32,000 nt of DNA from Pseudomonas aeruginosa. GTDB taxonomy: Bacteria > Pseudomonadota > Gammaproteobacteria > Pseudomonadales > Pseudomonadaceae. Made by a program: the position numbers and the translations under genes. The notes under the pieces were generated by a model, which made no database searches, was not told the origin of the DNA, and saw only the letters and a program-made list of their open reading frames with translations. The first letter of the stretch is position 1, and each line of letters starts with the position of its first letter. The stretch is taken from contig NZ_LN831024.1 of assembly GCF_001457615.1 (NCBI RefSeq), positions 4,110,001 through 4,142,000 on the forward strand, given 5' to 3'. Shown one piece after another: positions 8,012-18,426 of this stretch.

Positions 8012-9517
8012 ATGTTCCGGCAGAACCGCTGGCTGGTCCTGGCCATCGTCTCCAGCGCCCTGTTCCTCATCATCATCGACATGACCGTGCTCTACACGGC
8101 CCTGCCGCGCCTGACCCACGACCTCGGCGCGACGGCCGCGGAGAAACTCTGGATCGTCAACGCCTATCCGCTGGTGGTCGCCGGCCTGCTGCCCGGCGCC
8201 GGCTTGCTCAGCGACCGCCTTGGCCACAAGCGGCTGTTCCTCGCCGGCCTGCCGCTGTTCGGCCTGGCCTCGCTGTGCGCCGCCTTCGCCCCCAGCGCCG
8301 CGGCGCTGATTGCCGCCCGCGCCGGGTTGGCGGTGGGCGCGGCGCTGATGATGCCGGCGACCCTGTCGATCGTCCGCCATGTCTTCCAGGACGAACGCGA
8401 ACGCGCCCTGGCCATCGGCATCTGGGCCTCCGTCGCCTCTGCCGGCGCGGCGCTGGGGCCGGTGGTCGGCGGCGTGCTGCTGGAGTTCTTCTGGTGGGGC
8501 TCGGTGTTCCTCATCAACGTCCCGGTGGTGGCCATCGCCCTGTTGCTGGCGCTGCCGGCCATCCCGGCCTGCGGCGGCCAGTCACGGCGACCATGGGACG
8601 CCCTCGGCTCGCTGCAGGTGATGTTCGGCCTGGTCGGGGTGGTGTATGCGATCAAGGAACTCAGCACACGCGCCCCGGACTTCGGGCTGGCCGTCCTGGC
8701 CGCGCTCGGCGGCATGCTCTGCCTGTACCTGTTCGTCCGCCGCCAGCGCCGCGCCCGCGAACCGATGATCGACTTCGCGCTGTTCCGCAACCGGCGCTTC
8801 GCCCGCGGCGTCGCGGTGGCCCTGGTGGCGACCATGGCGCTGGTCGGCATGGAACTGGTGTTCAGCCAGCACCTGCAACTGGTGCAGGGCCTGACGCCGC
8901 TGAAGGCCGGCCTGTTCGTCCTGCCGATCCCGCTGGCCTCGCTGGTGGTCGGGCCGCTGGCCGGTTGGCTGGTGCCGCGCTGGGGCGAGAACCGGGTGAT
9001 GTGCGCCTCCCTGCTGCTCGGCAGCGCCGGATTGCTCGGCCTGGCCCTGTCCTACCAGGCCGCCACCGGAGCGCAACTGGCCAGCCTGGTGCTGCTCGGC
9101 GTCGGCTTCGGCGGCGCGATGACCGCCGCCTCCACCGCGGTGATGCTCAACGTGGACGAACAGAGTTCCGGAATGGCGGCCGCCATCGAGGACGTGTCCT
9201 ACGAACTGGGCGGGGTGATCGGCGTGACCCTGCTCGGCAGCCTGATGAGTTTCGTCTACGGGATGTCGCTGAGGCTGCCCTCGGCCGAGCTGCCGGCGCG
9301 GGTCCGCGACAGCCTCGACGACGCCCTGTTGGTCGCCGAGGGCCTGGCGCCGGAGGTCGCGTCGCGGCTCGTCGAGCTTGCCCGGCAGGCTTTCGACCAG
9401 GCCTTCGTCGCCGTGCTGCTGGCCGCCGCCGCGCTGCTCTTCCTCAGCGCCATGGCGGTCCTGCGCCAGCCGCGTCCGGCTACAGAGCCAGCGCCACCAG
9501 CACCGCACACTCGGTAA
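8012..9517 (+). CDS. DHA2-family (14-TM type) MFS drug transporter (501 aa)
   Basis: IVSSALFLIIIDMTVLYTALPRLTHDLGATAAEKLWIVNAYPLVVAGLLPGAGLLSDRLGHKRLF, typical EmrB/QacA motifs. Confidence 0.93.
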   Translation: MFRQNRWLVLAIVSSALFLIIIDMTVLYTALPRLTHDLGATAAEKLWIVNAYPLVVAGLLPGAGLLSDRLGHKRLFLAGLPLFGLASLCAAFAPSAAALIAARAGLAVGAALMMPATLSIVRHVFQDERERALAIGIWASVASAGAALGPVVGGVLLEFFWWGSVFLINVPVVAIALLLALPAIPACGGQSRRPWDALGSLQVMFGLVGVVYAIKELSTRAPDFGLAVLAALGGMLCLYLFVRRQRRAREPMIDFALFRNRRFARGVAVALVATMALVGMELVFSQHLQLVQGLTPLKAGLFVLPIPLASLVVGPLAGWLVPRWGENRVMCASLLLGSAGLLGLALSYQAATGAQLASLVLLGVGFGGAMTAASTAVMLNVDEQSSGMAAAIEDVSYELGGVIGVTLLGSLMSFVYGMSLRLPSAELPARVRDSLDDALLVAEGLAPEVASRLVELARQAFDQAFVAVLLAAAALLFLSAMAVLRQPRPATEPAPPAPHTR

Positions 9518-10217
9518 GTTCGACCAGCGCGCCGGCGGTGTCCCCGGTGGTGCCGCCGAGGCGCGCGAGGAAACGGCTGCGCAGCCAGGCGAAGAGCATC
9601 AGCGTCACCAGCAACGCCAGCAGGCCGGCCAGGCCGAACGCCAGGGCCAGGCCGAAACTCACCCCCAGCACCCACGGCAGGCTGCGCGCCGGCAGGTGCT
9701 CGGCGATGGCCTGGCCGAGGCCGCCGGGGCGCGCGTAGGGCGTGGTCAGGAACAGCAGCGGCAGGCTGCTGCGCGCCAGCCACGGGGCCAGCGGCAACAA
9801 CCCGGCCTCGCCCTGGCCGAGCAGCGCCGCCAGGGCGGAGAACTTCAACAACAGGACCAGTACCAGGACCACCACCGCCACCGGGCCGCTGCGCGGGTCC
9901 TTCATGATCGCCAAGGTCCGCTCGCGGTCGCCCAGCCCGCCGATCCAGGCGTCCGCCATGTCGGCCAGGCCGTCCAGGTGCAGCGCGCCGCTCAGCGCTA
10001 CCCACAGGCTCAGCAGCAAGGCTGCCTGCAACAGCGGCGGCGTACCGTCGAGCGACCGCGCCGCGGCGTACAGCACGACGCCGATCAGCACCCCGACCAG
10101 TGGATAGCAGAGCACCGCGCGGCCGAACTGTTCCGGCGTCGGCATCGCCGACAGGCGCACCGGCAGGCGGGTGAGGAACTGCAAGGCGACCAGCAGTGAG
10201 CGCAAGGCTTCGCGCAT
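9480..10217 (-). CDS. cobV: Adenosylcobinamide-GDP ribazoletransferase (cobalamin 5'-phosphate synthase)
   Basis: MREALRSLLVALQFLTRLPVRLS...HLDGLADMADAWIGGLGDRERTLAIMKDPRSGPVAVV; CobS/CobV signature; start reassigned within track ORF 9480..10985. Confidence 0.94.
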   Translation of the reverse strand: MREALRSLLVALQFLTRLPVRLSAMPTPEQFGRAVLCYPLVGVLIGVVLYAAARSLDGTPPLLQAALLLSLWVALSGALHLDGLADMADAWIGGLGDRERTLAIMKDPRSGPVAVVVLVLVLLLKFSALAALLGQGEAGLLPLAPWLARSSLPLLFLTTPYARPGGLGQAIAEHLPARSLPWVLGVSFGLALAFGLAGLLALLVTLMLFAWLRSRFLARLGGTTGDTAGALVELTECAVLVALAL

Positions 10218-10219
10218 GG

Positions 10220-10804
10220 CTATTCCCCTTCCCGGCATTCGTGCCAGCGATCGTCGCCCTCTCCGGCGCGCAGGCCGAACAGTGCGCCATGACCGACGTC
10301 CACCTGCAGCAAGTGCTCGCGCGGCAGGCCACGGGCGCGAGCGAGCAACAGGCGTATGACGCCGCCATGGGTCACCAGCAGCACACGACGGCCGGCATGA
10401 CGCTGGCGCAGGCGTCGCTGGGCGGCCAGCACCCGCGCCTCGAACTCGGACAGCGGCTCGCCGCCCGGCGGGGTAAAGGCGTAGGGATCGGCCCAGAAGC
10501 GGCCGAGCGCCTCGCTGTGGCCGTCCATCAGGGCGGCCGCCGAGCGCCCCTCCCAAGCGCCGAAATGCAGTTCGCGCAGATCGTTTTCCAGTTCCAGCTC
10601 GATCCCCTGGCGCTGCGCCAGTTCCTCGGCGAAGGCGCGGCAACGTTGCAATGGCGAGCTGACCAGCAGGTCCCAGCGTCCGCCTTCCACCGCCGTGCGC
10701 ATCTGCGCCCAGCCACGCGCGGTCAAGGCGTCGTCGAGGCTGCCGCGGAAACCGCCGCCGGACTCGGTTTCGCCATGCCGCAGGAGGTCCAGGCGCAGGC
10801 TCAT
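10220..10804 (-). CDS. Histidine-phosphatase superfamily protein, probable alpha-ribazole phosphatase
   Basis: [33 protein letters not shown]...[11 protein letters not shown]; RHG motif and cobalamin gene context. Confidence 0.85.
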   Translation of the reverse strand: MSLRLDLLRHGETESGGGFRGSLDDALTARGWAQMRTAVEGGRWDLLVSSPLQRCRAFAEELAQRQGIELELENDLRELHFGAWEGRSAAALMDGHSEALGRFWADPYAFTPPGGEPLSEFEARVLAAQRRLRQRHAGRRVLLVTHGGVIRLLLARARGLPREHLLQVDVGHGALFGLRAGEGDDRWHECREGE

Positions 10805-11856
10805 GCCGGGCGGTCCGAGACCGCCGCTTCGGCGAAGGTCGCCATCCCCGCGTGCAGCGCGCAGGCCTGGCGCAGCAGCGGCACCGCCAGCGCCGCGCCG
10901 CTGCCCTCGCCCAGGCGCAGGCCGAGGTCGAGCAGCGGTTGCGCCGCCAGGGCTTCGAGCACATGCCGATGGCCCGGCTCGGCACCGCTGTGGGCGAACA
11001 GCAGCCAGTCGCGGCAGGCCGGGTTCAGGCGCACCGCGCAGAGCGCCGCGACGCTGCAGATGTAGCCGTCGACCAGGGCGACCATGCCTTTCTGCGCGCA
11101 GGCCAGGTAGGCGCCGGCCAGCGCGGCGATCTCCAGGCCACCGAGACGGCGGAGGGTTTCGAAGGGGTCGGCGCGATGGGCGCCGTGCAGGGCCAGGGCA
11201 CGCTCGATCACCGCGGCCTTGTGCGCCACGCCGCTGGCGTCCAGCCCGGTTCCCGGCCCGACCAGCGCGCTCGCCGGCGCATCCAGCAGCGCGCAGGCGA
11301 TGGCCGCCGCCGCGGTGGTATTGCCGATGCCCATCTCGCCGCCGATGAACAGCTGGCTGCCGGCCTGCTCGGCGCGGCGCACGCTTTCGCGCCCGGCCTC
11401 GAGCGCCAGCAGGCACTGTTCGGCGCCCATCGCCGGGGCCTCGACGAAGTTCGCGGTGCCCGCCGCCAGGCGCAGGTGACGCACGCCGGGCAAGGCTTCC
11501 AGGGGGAACGCGGTGCCCAGGTCGACCACCTCCAGGCCGGCGCCGAGTTCGCGCGCCAGCACGCTGATCGCCGCGCCGCCGCGGACGAAGTTGCGCAGCA
11601 TCTCGCCGGTGACCGCCTGCGGATAGGCCGAGATGCCCTCGGCGACTACCCCGTGGTCGCCGGCGAAGACCGTCACCCAGATCCTCTCCAGGCTCGGTCG
11701 TTCGCGCCCCTGCAACGCCGCCAGGTCGATCGCCACTTGCTCCAGGCGGCCCAGCGAGCCGCGCGGCTTGGTCAACCGGTCCTGGCGTTCGGCCGCGCGC
11801 CGGCGCATCTGCGGGTCCGCCTCGCGGCAGGTGTCGCGCCACCATTGCAGACTCAT
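10801..11856 (-). CDS. cobT: Nicotinate-nucleotide--dimethylbenzimidazole phosphoribosyltransferase (called cobU or cobT depending on nomenclature)
   Basis: [22 protein letters not shown]...[42 protein letters not shown]...[14 protein letters not shown]. 351 aa; ATGA overlap with the next gene. Confidence 0.95.
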   Translation of the reverse strand: MSLQWWRDTCREADPQMRRRAAERQDRLTKPRGSLGRLEQVAIDLAALQGRERPSLERIWVTVFAGDHGVVAEGISAYPQAVTGEMLRNFVRGGAAISVLARELGAGLEVVDLGTAFPLEALPGVRHLRLAAGTANFVEAPAMGAEQCLLALEAGRESVRRAEQAGSQLFIGGEMGIGNTTAAAAIACALLDAPASALVGPGTGLDASGVAHKAAVIERALALHGAHRADPFETLRRLGGLEIAALAGAYLACAQKGMVALVDGYICSVAALCAVRLNPACRDWLLFAHSGAEPGHRHVLEALAAQPLLDLGLRLGEGSGAALAVPLLRQACALHAGMATFAEAAVSDRPA

Positions 11857-12374
11857 AGCGGTTCTCCTTTCAACGGCATGGGCAGGCCGGCGACGGTGAA
11901 GGTCACCCGTTCGCAGCGTTTGGCGATGGCCTGGTGCAGCCAGCCGGCCTCGTCGACGTAGCGCCGGCTGAGTTCGCCCAGCGGCACCACGCCGAGCCCG
12001 GTTTCGTTGCTGACCAGGATGATCCGTCCCGGCAGCGCGCCGAGACATTCCAGCAGCGCCTCGCGCTCGCCGTCGAGACGCTGGGGATCGTCGCAGAGCA
12101 GCAGGTTGGTCAGCCACAGGGTCAGGCAGTCGACCAGCAGGCAGCGTCCGGCCTCGGCCTCGCTGCGCAGCGTCGCCGCCAGCGCCAGAGGCTCCTCCAG
12201 GGTTCGCCAGTGGGCCGGGCGGCGCGCGCGGTGCTCGGCGATGCGCCGGCCCATTTCGCCGTCGCCGGCCTGGGCGGTGGCGATGTAGCTCACCGCCAGC
12301 CCGCTCTCGGCGGCCAGGCGCTCGGCCAGGCGGCTCTTGCCGGAACGGGCGCCGCCAAGGATCAGGTCACGCAT
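11853..12374 (-). CDS. cobP: Adenosylcobinamide kinase / adenosylcobinamide-phosphate guanylyltransferase
   Basis: [62 protein letters not shown]...[10 protein letters not shown]. Confidence 0.95.
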   Translation of the reverse strand: MRDLILGGARSGKSRLAERLAAESGLAVSYIATAQAGDGEMGRRIAEHRARRPAHWRTLEEPLALAATLRSEAEAGRCLLVDCLTLWLTNLLLCDDPQRLDGEREALLECLGALPGRIILVSNETGLGVVPLGELSRRYVDEAGWLHQAIAKRCERVTFTVAGLPMPLKGEPL

Positions 12375-13839
12375 GGGGTTCTCCGCAGAGGGCGAGCAAT
12401 CGCCCGGTATCCAGGTGGCGCTCGACCAGGTCGGCGAGCCGCTCGATGTCGCGTTCGCGCAAGGCCTGGTAGTCCACCGCCTGGACCTCGCGCAGGCCGG
12501 CCCAGCGCAGCAGCGCCGAACAGGCCGCGGTGGATTCGAACAGGCCGTGCAGGTAGGTGCCCATGACGTTCCCGTCGACGCTACGGGCACCATCCGCGCG
12601 GCCATCGTCGAGCACCACCGCCGGCCGCGCCAGGGCCTCGCCACGGGTGACCCCGGCATGGATCTCGTAGCCCGACAGCGGCGCATCCTCCAGGCTCAGG
12701 CGGCCCTGTACGTTGCGCAATTGCTTGTCCGCCTCAAGGGTCGTTTCCAACGCCAGCAGGCCGAGGCCAGCGCTGCTGCCGGCCGCGCCTTCCAGGCCGA
12801 GCGGATCGTGCAGGCGCTCGCCGAGCATCTGCAGGCCGCCGCAGATCCCCAGCAGGCGACCGCCGTAGCGCAGGTGACGGAGGATCGCCTCGTCCCAGCC
12901 GCGCTCGCGCAGCGCCGCGAGGTCGGCGCGCACGCTCTTCGAGCCGGGCAGGACGATCAGGTCCGCCGACGGCAGCGCCTGGCCGGGGCCGACGAAGCTC
13001 AACTCGACCTGGGGGTGCAGGCGCAGCGGATCGAAATCGGTGTGGTTGCTGATCCTCGGCAGCACCGGCACCACCACCTTCAGGCGCGGCCCGACCTTGG
13101 CCGCCTGGCGCGTGTCGATGGCGTCCTCCGCCTCCAGGTGCAGGTCGCTGACATAGGGCAGCACGCCGAGCACCGGCTTGCCGGTGCGCGCCTCCAGCCA
13201 GTCGAGGCCGGGTTGCAGCAGGGCGATGTCGCCGCGGAAGCGATTGATGACGAAGCCTTTGACCCGCTCCCGCTCCGAGTCGGAGAGCAGTTCCAGGGTG
13301 CCGACCAGGTGGGCGAAGACCCCGCCGCGGTCGATATCGGCGACCAGGATAACCGGGCAATCCACCGCTTCGGCGAAGCCCATGTTGGCGATGTCGTTGG
13401 CGCGCAGGTTGATCTCCGCCGGCGAGCCGGCGCCCTCCACCATCACCACCCGGTAGGCGGCGGCGAGCCGCCCATGGGAAGCCAGCACCGCTTCCATCGC
13501 CACGCGCTTGTAGTCGTGGTAGGCGGCGGCGTCCATGCTGGTCACCGCGCGGCCATGGATGATCACCTGGGCGCCGATGTCGGTGTTCGGCTTGAGCAGC
13601 ACCGGGTTCATGTCGGTGTGCGGCGCCAGCCGACAGGCCTGGGCCTGGACCGCCTGGGCGCGGCCGATCTCGCCGCCGTCGGCGGTGACCGCGCTGTTCA
13701 GCGCCATGTTCTGCGGCTTGAACGGCACCACCGCGACGCCGCGCCGGGCCAGCCAGCGGCACAGCGCGGTCACCAGGGTGCTCTTGCCGGCGTCCGAGGT
13801 GGTGCCCTGGACCATCAGGGTCCGTCCGCGATCACTCAT
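12367..13839 (-). CDS. cobQ: Cobyric acid synthase (490 aa)
   Basis: [62 protein letters not shown]...[10 protein letters not shown]. Confidence 0.96.
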   Translation of the reverse strand: MSDRGRTLMVQGTTSDAGKSTLVTALCRWLARRGVAVVPFKPQNMALNSAVTADGGEIGRAQAVQAQACRLAPHTDMNPVLLKPNTDIGAQVIIHGRAVTSMDAAAYHDYKRVAMEAVLASHGRLAAAYRVVMVEGAGSPAEINLRANDIANMGFAEAVDCPVILVADIDRGGVFAHLVGTLELLSDSERERVKGFVINRFRGDIALLQPGLDWLEARTGKPVLGVLPYVSDLHLEAEDAIDTRQAAKVGPRLKVVVPVLPRISNHTDFDPLRLHPQVELSFVGPGQALPSADLIVLPGSKSVRADLAALRERGWDEAILRHLRYGGRLLGICGGLQMLGERLHDPLGLEGAAGSSAGLGLLALETTLEADKQLRNVQGRLSLEDAPLSGYEIHAGVTRGEALARPAVVLDDGRADGARSVDGNVMGTYLHGLFESTAACSALLRWAGLREVQAVDYQALRERDIERLADLVERHLDTGRLLALCGEPHA

Positions 13840-14827
13840 GAGCAGGCTCCTTGAAGCCGAGCAGCGCGGCATCCAGCCGGGCCCAGGCGGCCTCGTCGGC
13901 GGGCAGGCCGAGGCGCAGGCTGGCCGGCTGCTCGAACTGGCGGGTGAGGATGCCGCGCCGCGCCAGGTAGTCGTGCAACGCCGCGCAGCGTGGATCGACC
14001 AGGCGCTGGAACAGCGCGCTGCCGCCCGCCGGCGGCCAGCCGTGGCGGCGCAGCAGTTCCTCCAGGCGCTGGCTGGCGGCCAGCAGGCGCTCGCGCTGCT
14101 GGCGCTGTTGCTGGCGGTCGCGCAAGGCGCTCTGGGCCACATGGCGCACCGGGCCATTGACCGTCCACGGACCGAGCTGCTCGGCCAGCGCCTGCAACAG
14201 CGGCCGTTCGCCGAGGGCGAAGCCGAGCCGCGCACCGGCCAGGCCGAAGAACTTGCCGAACGAGCGCAGCACGATCAATCCGGGTCGGTTGCTACAGGCC
14301 GCCAGGCTCGACTGCGGGGTGCAGTCCATGAACGCCTCGTCGACCAGCAGCCAGCCGCCGCGACGTTGCAGGCGGGCATGCCAGGCCAGCAGCTCGGCGG
14401 GCTCGAAGACCCGCCCGGTGGGGTTGTTCGGGTTGACCACCAGCAGCACGTCGAGGCTGTCGAGATAGGGCTCGACCTCGGCCTCGCCGATCTCCCGCAC
14501 CAGGTGCCCGGCCTGGCGCCAGGCGTGGGCGTGCTCGGCATAGCACGGCGACAGGACGCCGACCCGCCCGCCCCGCCGCATCCTCGGCAGGGCCTGGATC
14601 GCCGCCTGGCTGCCAGCCAGCGGCAATACCCGTTCGGCGCCGTAGTAGAGGCAGGCGGCGGCTTCCAGGCCGTCGTCGCTCTCCGGCAGGCGGGTCCAGG
14701 CCTGCTCGGGGATCGCCGGCAGCGAAAACGGCCAGGGCGCGATGCCGGTGGACAGGTCCAGCCAGTCCGCCAGCGGAATGTCGTAACGGCGCGCCGCCTC
14801 GCGCAACCGCCCTCCGTGTTCAAGCAT
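13832..14827 (-). CDS. cobC: Threonine-phosphate decarboxylase (cobD in Salmonella nomenclature)
   Basis: [34 protein letters not shown]...[12 protein letters not shown]...LVDEAFMDC...[18 protein letters not shown]; start reassigned within ORF 13832..15010. Confidence 0.93.
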   Translation of the reverse strand: MLEHGGRLREAARRYDIPLADWLDLSTGIAPWPFSLPAIPEQAWTRLPESDDGLEAAACLYYGAERVLPLAGSQAAIQALPRMRRGGRVGVLSPCYAEHAHAWRQAGHLVREIGEAEVEPYLDSLDVLLVVNPNNPTGRVFEPAELLAWHARLQRRGGWLLVDEAFMDCTPQSSLAACSNRPGLIVLRSFGKFFGLAGARLGFALGERPLLQALAEQLGPWTVNGPVRHVAQSALRDRQQQRQQRERLLAASQRLEELLRRHGWPPAGGSALFQRLVDPRCAALHDYLARRGILTRQFEQPASLRLGLPADEAAWARLDAALLGFKEPAHE

Positions 14828-15758
14828 GCAGCCACCCCATGGCCCAGAGTCCGGCCAGCACCAGCAGCCAGAGCAGCACGCCCTGGCGCACCAGCGCCAG
14901 GGCCCGATAGATGTCGCGGCCCTGCGGCTGCGGGCCGCTGCCGAGGAGCGGCCGCTGGTGCAACTCGCCGTGGTAGATCGCCGCGCCGCCCAGGGAAACC
15001 CCCAGCGCACCGGCGCCGGCGGCCATCACCGGGCCGGCGTTGGGGCTGTCCCATTGCGGCGCCTGCTCGCGCCAGCAGCGCAGGGCCTGGCGGGTGTCGC
15101 CGAGCAGCGCGTAGGTCAGCGCCACCAGCCGCGCCGGCAGGTAGTTGAGGATGTCGTCGATCTTCGCCGCGGCCCAGCCGAAGCGCTCGAAGCGCGCGTT
15201 GCGGTAGCCCCACATCGCGTCCAGGGTATTGCTCAGGCGATACAGCACCACCCCCGGCGCGCCGGCCACGGCGAACCAGAACAGGGCGGCGTAGACCGCG
15301 TCGCTGCCGTTCTCCAGTACCGACTCGGTGGCCGCGCGGGCGACCCCGGCCTGGTCCAGTTCGCGGGTATCGCGGCTGACCAGGTAGCCGACACGTCGCC
15401 GCGCCTCGTCCAGGTCGCCGGCGCGCAAGGCCAGCGCCACCGGTTCGGCGTGCTCGCCGAGGCTGCGCAGGCCGAGCGCGGCGTACAGCGCCAGGGCCTG
15501 GACCAGCCAGCCGAGGTAGGGAAGTTCAGCGAGCGCCCAGGCCAGCAGGGTCAGCGGCAGTACCGCGAGGACCCAGGCGGTCACCCCATGGCTGCGCCAG
15601 CCGACCCCGGGATCGCCCTCGCCGGCCAGGCGCGAGCGGTTGAAACGGCGCTCCAGGCGGTCGGCCAGGCGGCCGAAGGCGACCAGCGGGTGCCAGCCCT
15701 GCGGCTCGCCGAAGCGCGCATCCAGCACCACGCCGAGGATACCCAGCAGTGCGCTCAT
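14820..15758 (-). CDS. cobD: Adenosylcobinamide-phosphate synthase (CobD/CbiB)
   Basis: [40 protein letters not shown]...[59 protein letters not shown]. Confidence 0.95.
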   Translation of the reverse strand: MSALLGILGVVLDARFGEPQGWHPLVAFGRLADRLERRFNRSRLAGEGDPGVGWRSHGVTAWVLAVLPLTLLAWALAELPYLGWLVQALALYAALGLRSLGEHAEPVALALRAGDLDEARRRVGYLVSRDTRELDQAGVARAATESVLENGSDAVYAALFWFAVAGAPGVVLYRLSNTLDAMWGYRNARFERFGWAAAKIDDILNYLPARLVALTYALLGDTRQALRCWREQAPQWDSPNAGPVMAAGAGALGVSLGGAAIYHGELHQRPLLGSGPQPQGRDIYRALALVRQGVLLWLLVLAGLWAMGWLHA

Positions 15759-16411
15759 GCTCGCTCGCCCCAACGGTTCTGGTAGACCAGCTCGGCCAGC
15801 GGACGCGGTTCGCTCCAACCCTCCAGCGCCAGCATCGGCGCCGGGTAGAACTCCGCCACCGGGCCCAGGCAGAGCACCGCCACCGCCTCGCTGCCGGGCG
15901 GCAGGCCGAGCAACTCGCCCAGCGCGGCCGGATCGAACAGCGATACCCAGCCCATCCCCAGGCCCTCGGCGCGACTGGCCAGCCAGAGGTTCTGGATCGC
16001 GCAGGCGAGCGACGCCAGGTCCATCTGCGGCAGGGTCCGGCGACCGAACACATGGCGTTCGCGGTCGTCCATCAGGGCGGCGACCAGCAGTTCGGCGCAA
16101 TCCAGCACGCCCTCGACCTTGAGCCGCATGAACTCGTCGGAGCGCTCGCCGAGGGCTTCGGCGGTGCGTCCGCGTTCCTCCTCGACCAGCCCGTGGATGG
16201 CCCGCCGCAACGCCGGCTCGGTGATACGGATGAAGCGCCAGGGTTGCATCAGGCCAACGCTGGGCGCCTGGTGTGCGGCCTCCAGCAGCCGCGCGAGCAG
16301 CTCCGGCGCCACGCTGCCGCCGCTGAAGTGGCGCATATCGCGGCGCTCGGCGATGGCCCGGTAGACGGCGGCGCGCTCCGTGGCGCTGAAGGCGTGGGAA
16401 GAATCGGACAT
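15755..16411 (-). CDS. bluB: 5,6-dimethylbenzimidazole synthase, nitroreductase fold
   Basis: [41 protein letters not shown]...[35 protein letters not shown]; within the cobalamin block. Confidence 0.92.
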   Translation of the reverse strand: MSDSSHAFSATERAAVYRAIAERRDMRHFSGGSVAPELLARLLEAAHQAPSVGLMQPWRFIRITEPALRRAIHGLVEEERGRTAEALGERSDEFMRLKVEGVLDCAELLVAALMDDRERHVFGRRTLPQMDLASLACAIQNLWLASRAEGLGMGWVSLFDPAALGELLGLPPGSEAVAVLCLGPVAEFYPAPMLALEGWSEPRPLAELVYQNRWGERA

Positions 16412-16412
16412 G

Positions 16413-17720
16413 TCAGTCGGCGTCTCGCGCGGGCGCCAGCAACGCAGCGGCGGCCTGCGGGTTGGAAGGCAGGTAGAAATGGATATAGGAAGCCGTCAGC
16501 CGGCCAAGACGGAACACCGCCTCCGCCGTGTTCCGGCCGTTCGGGCAGACGCCACGGGCCAGAGGCTCGACGGCGCAGTCGAGGGTCGAGTGATGGAAGG
16601 TATGCCCGCGCAGCCGCCCTTCCGGCAGCTCGACCTCCTGCAAGGCCAGGGCGGTCAGGCGCTTCTGCAGGCGCGCCCGGCCCGGCAGCAGGCCGAGCAG
16701 TTCGCCGCGCTCGCCGTCGGCGTCTTCCAGGCAGTCGAGCAGGTAGAGCATGCCGCCGCACTCGGCCAGCAGCGGCTTGCCGGCGGCATGGTGGGCTCGG
16801 ATCGCCTCGGCCATGGCGCGATTGCCCTGCAGGCGCCCCAGGTGCAGTTCGGGGTAGCCGCCCGGCAGGTACAGGCTGTCCACGGCGGGCAACGCCTGGT
16901 CCTGCAGCGGCGAGAAGAACGCCAGTTCGGCGCCGAGTTCGCGCAGCAGGTCGAGATTGGCCTGGTAGAGGAAGGCGAACGAGGCATCGCGAGCCACGCC
17001 GATGCGCACGCCTTCCAGGCTGCGTTGCAGCGGCGCCGGAGCGGGCACCTCGAAGGTCACCGGCTCCGGCAGGTCGGTCTCGGCGCTGGCCCGCAAGGCG
17101 TCGGCGGCGGCGTCCAGGCGCGCATCGAGATCGGCCAGTTCCTCGGCCTGGACCAGGCCCAGGTGGCGGCTCGGCAGTTCGAATTCGGCCGAGCGCGGCA
17201 GGCCGCCGAACCAGCGCATGCCGGGCGGCAGGCAATCGCGCAGGATGTCGCTGTGGCGCTGGCTGCCGACGCGGTTGCCGAGCACTCCGGAAAACGGCAG
17301 GTCCGGCTGGAAATGCGCCAGGCCGTAGGCTAGCGCGCCGAAGGTCTGGGCCATCGCCGCGCCGTTGATCACCCCCAGCACCGGCACGCCGAAACGCCGC
17401 GCCAGGTCTGCCGCCGAGGGGTTGCCATCGAACAGGCCCATCACCCCTTCGATGAGGATCAGGTCGGCCTCGCCGGCGGCCCGCGCCAGCAGGCGTCGCG
17501 CTTCGGCCTCGCCGACCATCCACAGGTCGAGCTGGTAGACCGGCGCGCCGGAGGCGCGGGCGAGGATCATCGGGTCGAGGAAGTCCGGCCCGCACTTGAA
17601 CACCCGCACCCGCCGCCCCTGGCGCGCATGCAGGCGGGCCAGGGCGGCGGTGACGGTGGTCTTGCCCTGGCCGGAGGCCGGGGCGGCGATCAGCAGGGCC
17701 GGACAGCGTGCCTGGGTCAT
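16413..17720 (-). CDS. cobB: Cobyrinic acid a,c-diamide synthase
   Basis: LLIAAPASGQGKTTVTAALARLHARQGRRVRVFKCGPDFLDPMIL...LYLPGGYPELH...AECGGMLYLLD. Confidence 0.95.
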   Translation of the reverse strand: MTQARCPALLIAAPASGQGKTTVTAALARLHARQGRRVRVFKCGPDFLDPMILARASGAPVYQLDLWMVGEAEARRLLARAAGEADLILIEGVMGLFDGNPSAADLARRFGVPVLGVINGAAMAQTFGALAYGLAHFQPDLPFSGVLGNRVGSQRHSDILRDCLPPGMRWFGGLPRSAEFELPSRHLGLVQAEELADLDARLDAAADALRASAETDLPEPVTFEVPAPAPLQRSLEGVRIGVARDASFAFLYQANLDLLRELGAELAFFSPLQDQALPAVDSLYLPGGYPELHLGRLQGNRAMAEAIRAHHAAGKPLLAECGGMLYLLDCLEDADGERGELLGLLPGRARLQKRLTALALQEVELPEGRLRGHTFHHSTLDCAVEPLARGVCPNGRNTAEAVFRLGRLTASYIHFYLPSNPQAAAALLAPARDAD

Positions 17721-17751
17721 GGGCGAAGCGTCTCCGCGCATGGCGCCGGCA

Positions 17752-18363
17752 TCAGAATTCCACTCCTTTCTGCGCCTTGATCCCGGCCTTGAACGCGTGC
17801 TTGACCAGGCTCATCTCGGTCACCGTGTCGGCGGCCTCGACCATCCCCGGCTGCGCGCCGCGGCCGGTCACCACCACATGCTGCATGGCCGGGCGCGCCT
17901 GGATGTCGGCGAGGACCCTGTCCAGTTCCAGGTAGCCGTGCTTGAGGGCGATGTTCAATTCGTCCAGCACCACCAGGCCCACGTCCGGGTCGGCCAGCAA
18001 TTGCGCGGCGACCTTCCAGGCTGCCTCGGCCTTGGCGATGTCGCGCTGGCGGTCCTGGGTCTCCCAGGTGAAGCCCTCGCCCATCACGTGGTAGCTGACT
18101 TCCTCGGGGAAGCGCCGGAAGAAGGCTTCCTCGCCGGTGCTGGCGGCGCCCTTGATGAACTGCACAACGCCGACCTTCATGCCATGGCCCAGGGCCCGCG
18201 CGACCATGCCGAAGGCCGAGCTGCTCTTGCCCTTGCCGTTGCCGCTATGCACCAGGAGCACGCCGCGTTCGTCGCGGGCCTGGGCGATCTTCTCGTCAAT
18301 CACGGCCTTCTTGCGCTCCATCCGCTCGCGGTGGCGCTGGTCCTTCTCGGGGGATTCGTTCAT
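17752..18363 (-). CDS. cobO: Cob(I)yrinic acid a,c-diamide adenosyltransferase
   Basis: ERGVLLVHSGNGKGKSSSAFGMVARALGHGMKVGVVQFIKG...VLDELNIALKHGYL; 203 aa. Confidence 0.95.
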   Translation of the reverse strand: MNESPEKDQRHRERMERKKAVIDEKIAQARDERGVLLVHSGNGKGKSSSAFGMVARALGHGMKVGVVQFIKGAASTGEEAFFRRFPEEVSYHVMGEGFTWETQDRQRDIAKAEAAWKVAAQLLADPDVGLVVLDELNIALKHGYLELDRVLADIQARPAMQHVVVTGRGAQPGMVEAADTVTEMSLVKHAFKAGIKAQKGVEF

Positions 18364-18426
18364 CGTCGATCACTCCTTGCGGCGACGCGGCCGCGCCGTC
18401 GCCTCGTTCATTCGAAATACCCGGAC

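Noticed and set aside
14820-14827. Apparent length anomaly of the long ORF for threonine-phosphate decarboxylase (392 aa in the track)
   Set aside because: The real start is the ATG at 14827 ([22 protein letters not shown]); the extra N-terminus is antisense-free read-through from the overlapping cobD 3' end, not a fusion.
12337-15148. Long plus-strand ORFs (505 and 537 aa) opposite cobQ and cobC
   Set aside because: Arginine/glutamine/glycine-rich antisense frames of strongly coding minus-strand genes.
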